DNA of 12,528 nucleotides from a virus (lineage: Duplodnaviria > Heunggongvirae > Uroviricota > Caudoviricetes). Location: IMG/VR virus record IMGVR_UViG_3300029068_000019; one strand, written 5' to 3'. Shown in pieces: positions 8,151-12,528 of the stretch (positions are counted from its first letter, which is position 1; each line of letters starts with the position of its first letter). Both the position numbers and the translations under genes were made by a program. The notes beneath the pieces are model-generated. The model was not told the DNA's origin, did no database searches, and saw nothing but the letters and a program-made list of their open reading frames with translations.

Positions 8151-8319
8151 TTTGATTCTAATGCATTGATAATAAATGATAATCATCTTTATCTGTTTGT
8201 GTGAAATTTAGACCGTCGTATGTTGATTATTGCGATGTTTCATCTTATCTTTTATACGTTTGCTCCATATAATTGACACTACTGTGTACCAGGACAGTCA
8301 TAACAGACTAAAAGAGGAA

Positions 8320-8496
8320 ATGATGAACATTGAAGAGTTAAAAACAAAAACAGAAGCAGATATTTCTGAATATATAACAAAAAAAATCATTGAGCTTAAG
8401 AAAAAGACCGGGAAAGAAGTTACCAGTATCCAGTTTACTGCACGGGAAAAAATGACTGGTCTTGAAAGCTATGATATCAAGATTGATTTAATCTAG
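8320..8496 (+). CDS. gnsB: GnsA/GnsB-family small protein
   Basis: MMNIEELKTKTEADISEYITKKIIELKKKTGKEVTSIQFTAREKMTGLESYDIKIDLI closely resembles GnsA/GnsB (FTAREKMTGLESYD motif). AAGAGGAA Shine-Dalgarno. The track's upstream extension from 8230 is discounted. Confidence 0.8.
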   Translation: MMNIEELKTKTEADISEYITKKIIELKKKTGKEVTSIQFTAREKMTGLESYDIKIDLI

Positions 8497-8558
8497 CATG
8501 TTTATAGTATTAGCATCAATTTCTCATCAGATGCTATTCAACAATACAAATTACTCAT

Positions 8559-8585
8559 AAACCTCGTTTTTACGGGGTTTTGTTA
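8559..8585 (+). terminator. Probable rho-independent terminator after gnsB
   Basis: Stem AAACCTCG/CGGGGTTT with one G-U pair, then TTTTGTT. Confidence 0.45.
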
Positions 8586-8791
8586 TATTTAAACATTACC
8601 GAATAGATATAAATCTCGATTGTCGATGGTATTGGTTGTGTGACAATACCTAGTCTTTCCGGTATGCCTGAAGAGAATACAAACGACAGATTATGTAAGG
8701 GAAACGCGCTGAAACTTTCACTCTTTCATGCTGAGTGATTTGACGTTATATTTTTAGCCGCAAGTGAAGAGCAAACGAATGGAGCGACAAA

Positions 8792-8998
8792 ATGCATAAA
8801 GATCAATACACTGATGCCCCCTCCCAGGAGCAGGTTCGTGTAAAAACTATGCTTAATAGCACCATTTCGATGGGTTACCCGGATGTTGTAATTGCATGTA
8901 TAGAACATCAAGTATCTCTGGAAGCATTCAGGGCAATTGAGGCCGCGTTAGTAAAGCACGATAAGAATACGAAGGATTATTCCCTGGTGGTTGACTGA
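8792..8998 (+). CDS. Hypothetical small prophage protein (68 aa)
   Basis: ATG with GGAG about 10 nt upstream. Co-oriented with the operon. No family recognised. Confidence 0.4.
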   Translation: MHKDQYTDAPSQEQVRVKTMLNSTISMGYPDVVIACIEHQVSLEAFRAIEAALVKHDKNTKDYSLVVD

Positions 8999-9033
8999 TC
9001 ACCATAACTGCTAACCATTCTGACCATTTCACA

Positions 9034-9064
9034 AGTGACAGAGTCAATATCGTATTCTGTCACT
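9034..9064. repeat. 9-bp perfect inverted repeat (AGTGACAGA ... TCTGTCACT) with 13-nt spacer
   Basis: Read directly from the sequence. No T run follows, so more likely a protein-binding site or RNA hairpin than a terminator. Confidence 0.4.
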
Positions 9065-9364
9065 GTAAGGCTAATACAGTACTGCAATTCAACTACAGCA
9101 ATGCCTCGTATTTAGGTGAATTTACAATATCGTCCAGTTCGGATGCCGGCTGCATTTCTGAAGATAAGGCATTTCGGTTCGCGTATTTTCCCCTCATGCT
9201 CGTCAGTCCTGCGCGTAGTAAGAAACAGGACACTCACACTAATTTGTGTGGGCATGCTGTGATGTCCTTCTGAATTATCCCCATGCCATTATGTAAAGCT
9301 CTGTTTCAGATGCTCGTCACGGTTGTCAGGCTGTCGGGTCCTCCCAGTGGGGGTCCCTGCCACG

Positions 9365-9376
9365 GGGCGGGAGCGT
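9365..9376 (+). other. Candidate cosN (cohesive-end site) of a lambda-like cos
   Basis: CACGGGGCGGGAGCGTCGCGG aligns with lambda ACGGGGCGGCGACCTCGCGG. The flanks are identical and 4 of the 12 core positions differ. It lies 175 bp upstream of the terminase small-subunit start, close to the lambda spacing, followed by an AT-rich cosB-like stretch. Confidence 0.5.
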
Positions 9377-9421
9377 CGCGGAAAAAGGCTAGTTTTTGAA
9401 ATTTTATTCGTCATCACCACT

Positions 9422-9445
9422 ACTGTAATTGATTGATATTACAGT
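9422..9445. repeat. 8-bp perfect inverted repeat ACTGTAAT-(8 nt)-ATTACAGT in the putative cosB region
   Basis: Read directly from the sequence. Sits between the candidate cosN and the terminase small-subunit gene, where terminase and IHF sites lie in lambda. Confidence 0.4.
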
Positions 9446-9550
9446 TGTTTTATTTTTATGGTGTCGATTCTGATTGTTTTTTGTTCATCACTAACACCGT
9501 TTGCCTAAAGTTGTTCGCAAGATGCATGTTTAAAACATTCTGGAGCGGGT

Positions 9551-10045
9551 ATGGATCGAGAGTTAAAAAATCTGACGCTGAATATCAGTCAACTGGCGGC
9601 ATTGTCAGGTGTACATCGCCAGACTGCTGCGGCAAGGCTGCAAAATCTACCCGTTGCAGGGGGGCATGAAAGCAACCTCAAGCTTTATCGGGTGGTTGAT
9701 ATTGTGTCGGCATTTCTGGCATTACCACCGCCGGTTGCAGAAGGCGAAATGGACGCGCATGAGCGCAAAGCCTGGTATCAGTCTGAACGTGAGCGTCTTA
9801 AGTTCGAACAGGAAACGGCACAACTCATTCCGGCCAGTGATGTCAGACGGGAGTTTGCCATCTGGGCAAAAGCGGTCGTGCAGGTGCTGGAGACATTACC
9901 GGATATTCTTGAACGTGACTGCGGTCTGCAGCCTGCCGCTGTGAGCCGTGTTCAGTCCATTATTGATGATCTGCGCGATCAGATAGCCCTGCGGGTGACT
10001 GAAGCAGGTGCGGATGATGAGGAGGAATTACAGCAGGAGGAGTAA
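9551..10045 (+). CDS. Terminase small subunit (Nu1/NohA-like)
   Basis: 164 aa. N-terminal helix-turn-helix LNISQLAALSGVHRQTAAARLQ, acidic C-terminus, stop overlapping the large-subunit ATG (TAATG). Lies just downstream of the cos-like site. Confidence 0.75.
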   Translation: MDRELKNLTLNISQLAALSGVHRQTAAARLQNLPVAGGHESNLKLYRVVDIVSAFLALPPPVAEGEMDAHERKAWYQSERERLKFEQETAQLIPASDVRREFAIWAKAVVQVLETLPDILERDCGLQPAAVSRVQSIIDDLRDQIALRVTEAGADDEEELQQEE

Positions 10046-12147
10046 TGCTGAATCAGGAAACCGCAAAGGCAGCACGAACCGATTCAGGTTATATCCTTCG
10101 CGCACCGAGACGAATGCGGGTTGCTGATGCCGTTGCTCAGTATATGCGGGTGCCCATGGGGGCAGGGAACTCAGTCCCGTGGGATCCGCTGGTGGCACCG
10201 TATGTTATTGAGCCTATGAACTGCCTGGCCTCGCGTGAATACGACGCAGTGATATTTGTTGGCCCGGCACGAACCGGCAAGACTATCGGCCTGATTGACG
10301 GCTGGGTGATTTACAACGTGATTTGCGATCCTGCTGATATGCTGATCATTCAGATGACGGAGGAAAAAGCCCGCGAACACTCCAAAAAACGACTCGCCAG
10401 AACGTTTCGCGTCAGCCCGGAAGTGGTCAGTCGCCTGAGTCCGAACAAAAATGACAACAACGTTTATGACAGAACATTCCTTGCTGGCAACTACCTGAAA
10501 ATCGGCTGGCCGTCAGTCAATATCATGTCTTCATCAGATTATAAATGCGTGGCGCTGACGGATTATGACCGTTTTCCGGAAGATATTGATGGTGAGGGGG
10601 ATGCCTTCTCTCTTGCCTCAAAACGTACCACCACATTTATGTCCAGTGGTATGACGCTGGTGGAGAGTTCCCCCGGCAGGGATGTGAAGGATGTGAAATG
10701 GCGACGGACTTCACCGCATGAGGCTCCACCAACCACGGGGATCCTGTCGCTCTATAACCGTGGCGATCGCCGTCGCTGGTACTGGCCCTGTCCACACTGT
10801 GGTGAGTATTTTCAGCCCTGCGGCGATGTGGTTGCTGGTTTCCGTGATATTGCCGATCCTGTGCTGGCAAGTGAGGCGGCTTATATTCAGTGTCCTTCCT
10901 GTTCAGGACGGATTTTGCCTGAACAAAAACGCGAGCTGAACGGACGTGGGGTCTGGTTACGGGATAGTGAATCCATCAATGCAGATGGCAGTCGTTATGG
11001 TGATCCCCGGCGTTCACGTATTGCGTCATTCTGGATGGAGGGTCCGGCAGCTGCTTATCAGACACTCTCGCAACTCGTTTACAAACTGCTTACTGCAGAA
11101 CAGGAATACGAGACAACCGGAAGTGAAGAGACACTCAAGACGGTTATCAATACCGACTGGGGATTACCTTATCTTCCCCGCGCCAGCATGGAGCAACGAA
11201 AAAGTGAATTGCTTGAGCAGCGGGCAGAGCCAGTTCCTTCCCGCAGTGTGCCGGATGGCGTTAATTTCCTTGTGGCGACAGTGGATGTGCAGGCGGGACG
11301 TCATCGCCGTTTTGTGGTTCAGGTAACGGGCTATGGCAGCCGTGGCGAACGCTGGATTATTGATCGTTACAACATCACGCAGTCATTGCGCGGTGACAGC
11401 GACGGGGAGAGCCAGCGAATTGATCCGGCCAGCTATCCGGAAGACTGGGATGTCCTGCTGACGGATGTTTTTCATAAAAGCTGGCCGCTGGCCTCCGATC
11501 CTTCTCAACAAATGCGACTGATGGCAATGGCGGTGGACTCCGGCGGTGAAGACGGGGTCACTGATAATGCCTATAAATTCTGGCGTCGTTGCCGTCGTGA
11601 TGGCCTTGGTAAACGTATTTACCTGTTTAAGGGCGACAGCATCCGGCGCGCAAAACTGATCACCCGTACATTCCCTGATAACACCGGACGAACGGGCCGA
11701 CGGGCGCAGGCCGCAGGTGATGTACCGCTCTGGCTTCTTCAGACGGATGCCCTGAAAGACCGGGTGAATAACGCGTTATGGCGTGACTCGCCAGGTCCCG
11801 GCTATGTGCATTTCCCTGACTGGCTGGGGAGCTGGTTTTACGACGAACTGACGTATGAAGAGCGGAGCAGTGACGGGAAATGGAGTAAGCCGGGTCGCGG
11901 TGCCAACGAAGCTTTTGACCTGATGGTGTATGCCGAGGCTCTGGTCATTCTGCATGGATACGAAAAGATCCGCTGGCCGGATGCACCGGAGTGGGCGAGC
12001 CGGGAAACCTGGCTGGAGTGTGTCCCGGACAGTACCGAACCGTCACCCACACCGGAACCGGTATCCACGCCTGTTAAAAAACAAAAACGGAAGAAAACAG
12101 TAACTGACGATGTTAACCCCTGGCTGACTTCCGGAGGATGGTTATGA
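10045..12147 (+). CDS. Terminase large subunit (lambda gpA family)
   Basis: 700 aa. Walker A-like VIFVGPARTGKT and a CPHCGEYFQPCGD segment resembling lambda gpA CPHCGEEQYLKFGD. Order Nu1-A-W-portal is conserved. Confidence 0.9.
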   Translation: MLNQETAKAARTDSGYILRAPRRMRVADAVAQYMRVPMGAGNSVPWDPLVAPYVIEPMNCLASREYDAVIFVGPARTGKTIGLIDGWVIYNVICDPADMLIIQMTEEKAREHSKKRLARTFRVSPEVVSRLSPNKNDNNVYDRTFLAGNYLKIGWPSVNIMSSSDYKCVALTDYDRFPEDIDGEGDAFSLASKRTTTFMSSGMTLVESSPGRDVKDVKWRRTSPHEAPPTTGILSLYNRGDRRRWYWPCPHCGEYFQPCGDVVAGFRDIADPVLASEAAYIQCPSCSGRILPEQKRELNGRGVWLRDSESINADGSRYGDPRRSRIASFWMEGPAAAYQTLSQLVYKLLTAEQEYETTGSEETLKTVINTDWGLPYLPRASMEQRKSELLEQRAEPVPSRSVPDGVNFLVATVDVQAGRHRRFVVQVTGYGSRGERWIIDRYNITQSLRGDSDGESQRIDPASYPEDWDVLLTDVFHKSWPLASDPSQQMRLMAMAVDSGGEDGVTDNAYKFWRRCRRDGLGKRIYLFKGDSIRRAKLITRTFPDNTGRTGRRAQAAGDVPLWLLQTDALKDRVNNALWRDSPGPGYVHFPDWLGSWFYDELTYEERSSDGKWSKPGRGANEAFDLMVYAEALVILHGYEKIRWPDAPEWASRETWLECVPDSTEPSPTPEPVSTPVKKQKRKKTVTDDVNPWLTSGGWL

Positions 12148-12356
12148 ATCAGAATGATATTGAAGCCATGATTCAGCGTTATACGGAAGCTGAAATGGCG
12201 GTGCTGGACGGAAAATCCGTCACTTTTAATGGTCAGCAGATGACCATGGAAAACTTATCTGAGATCCGGCAGGGGCGGCAGGAGTGGGAGCGCCGCCTTG
12301 CGGCTCTGATTACACGACGACGGGGGCATCCCGGGTACCGGCTGGCGAGGTTCTGA
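12144..12356 (+). CDS. gpW-like head-tail joining protein
   Basis: About 70 aa ending ...LITRRRGHPGYRLARF, comparable to lambda gpW ...TQRRRGPAGFYV. GGAGG lies 6 nt upstream of ATG 12144. Overlaps the terminase stop, and its TGA overlaps the portal ATG. Confidence 0.7.
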   Translation: MNQNDIEAMIQRYTEAEMAVLDGKSVTFNGQQMTMENLSEIRQGRQEWERRLAALITRRRGHPGYRLARF

Positions 12357-12457
12357 TGGCAATTCTTGATGATGTGATTGGCGTTTTTTCACCAGGATGG
12401 AAAGCGGCAAGGCTGCGTTCCCGAGCGGTGATCCAGGCTTATGAGGGGCTTTGTTGA
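12356..12457 (+). pseudogene. Portal protein gene (lambda gpB family), N-terminal 33 codons only
   Basis: MAILDDVIGVFSPGWKAARLRSRAVIQAYEGLC then TGA. The N-terminus looks like lambda-family portal proteins. A portal should run about 500 codons, and no frame downstream continues recognisably. Confidence 0.55.
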
Positions 12458-12528
12458 ATAAATAAGATTTCGTGCGAACGACCCTGTAGCTGGCTGGATT
12501 TTCAGGCAATACGCACGCTTTCTGGCAT

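Noticed and set aside
8230-8319. Upstream extension of the gnsB ORF (MRCFILSF...)
   Set aside because: The conserved Gns N-terminus begins at the MM pair at 8320 with a strong Shine-Dalgarno. The extension is simply open promoter and leader sequence.
8726-8911. 61-aa - strand ORF overlapping the start of the 68-aa ORF
   Set aside because: Antisense, no ribosome-binding site, no motif. Low confidence either way since the 68-aa ORF is itself unassigned.
9433-9944. + strand ORFs 9433..9669 and 9609..9944 overlapping the cos region and the Nu1-like gene
   Set aside because: Out of frame with the well-supported terminase small-subunit ORF, which has the expected helix-turn-helix and coupling to the large subunit.
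10171-12068. Internal ORFs inside the terminase large-subunit gene (10171..10380 -, 10637..10870 -, 10718..10939 +, 10946..11326 +, 11838..12068 -)
   Set aside because: All lie within a 700-aa ORF with clear terminase motifs. Treated as shadows.
12255-12509. 84-aa - strand ORF (TTG start, proline-rich) antisense to gpW and the portal start
   Set aside because: Non-ATG start, low-complexity composition and fully antisense to well-supported + strand genes. Most likely a chance ORF.

Overview
This window reads as the late region of a lambdoid (Qin/DLP12-like) enterobacterial prophage, all transcribed on the + strand except one cargo gene. Order: 3' remnant of a hok-family toxin gene and its terminator; rem; a small coupled ORF; a DUF968/YdfU-like protein with an HNH-like Cys/His motif; a short Q-type late antiterminator interrupted by an in-frame TAA; a late-promoter/terminator pair; a visibly AT-rich three-gene cargo island (Blc-like lipocalin lipoprotein on the - strand, a DUF523(TudS-like)-DUF1722 fusion, an AraC-family regulator); a lysis cassette (dual-start pinholin, an embedded 103-aa gene, SAR endolysin, Rz with embedded Rz1); a cold-shock/gns module; a cos-like site; terminase small and large subunits; a gpW-like gene; and a portal gene that stops after 33 codons. 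The most likely candidate for something new is the cargo island in the slot where Stx phages carry stx, especially the prophage-borne TudS-like enzyme. The Q nonsense codon, the hok remnant and the truncated portal together suggest a decaying prophage. All family assignments come from reading the translations against remembered motifs; no database search was run. No rRNA, tRNA, CRISPR array or IS element was seen.
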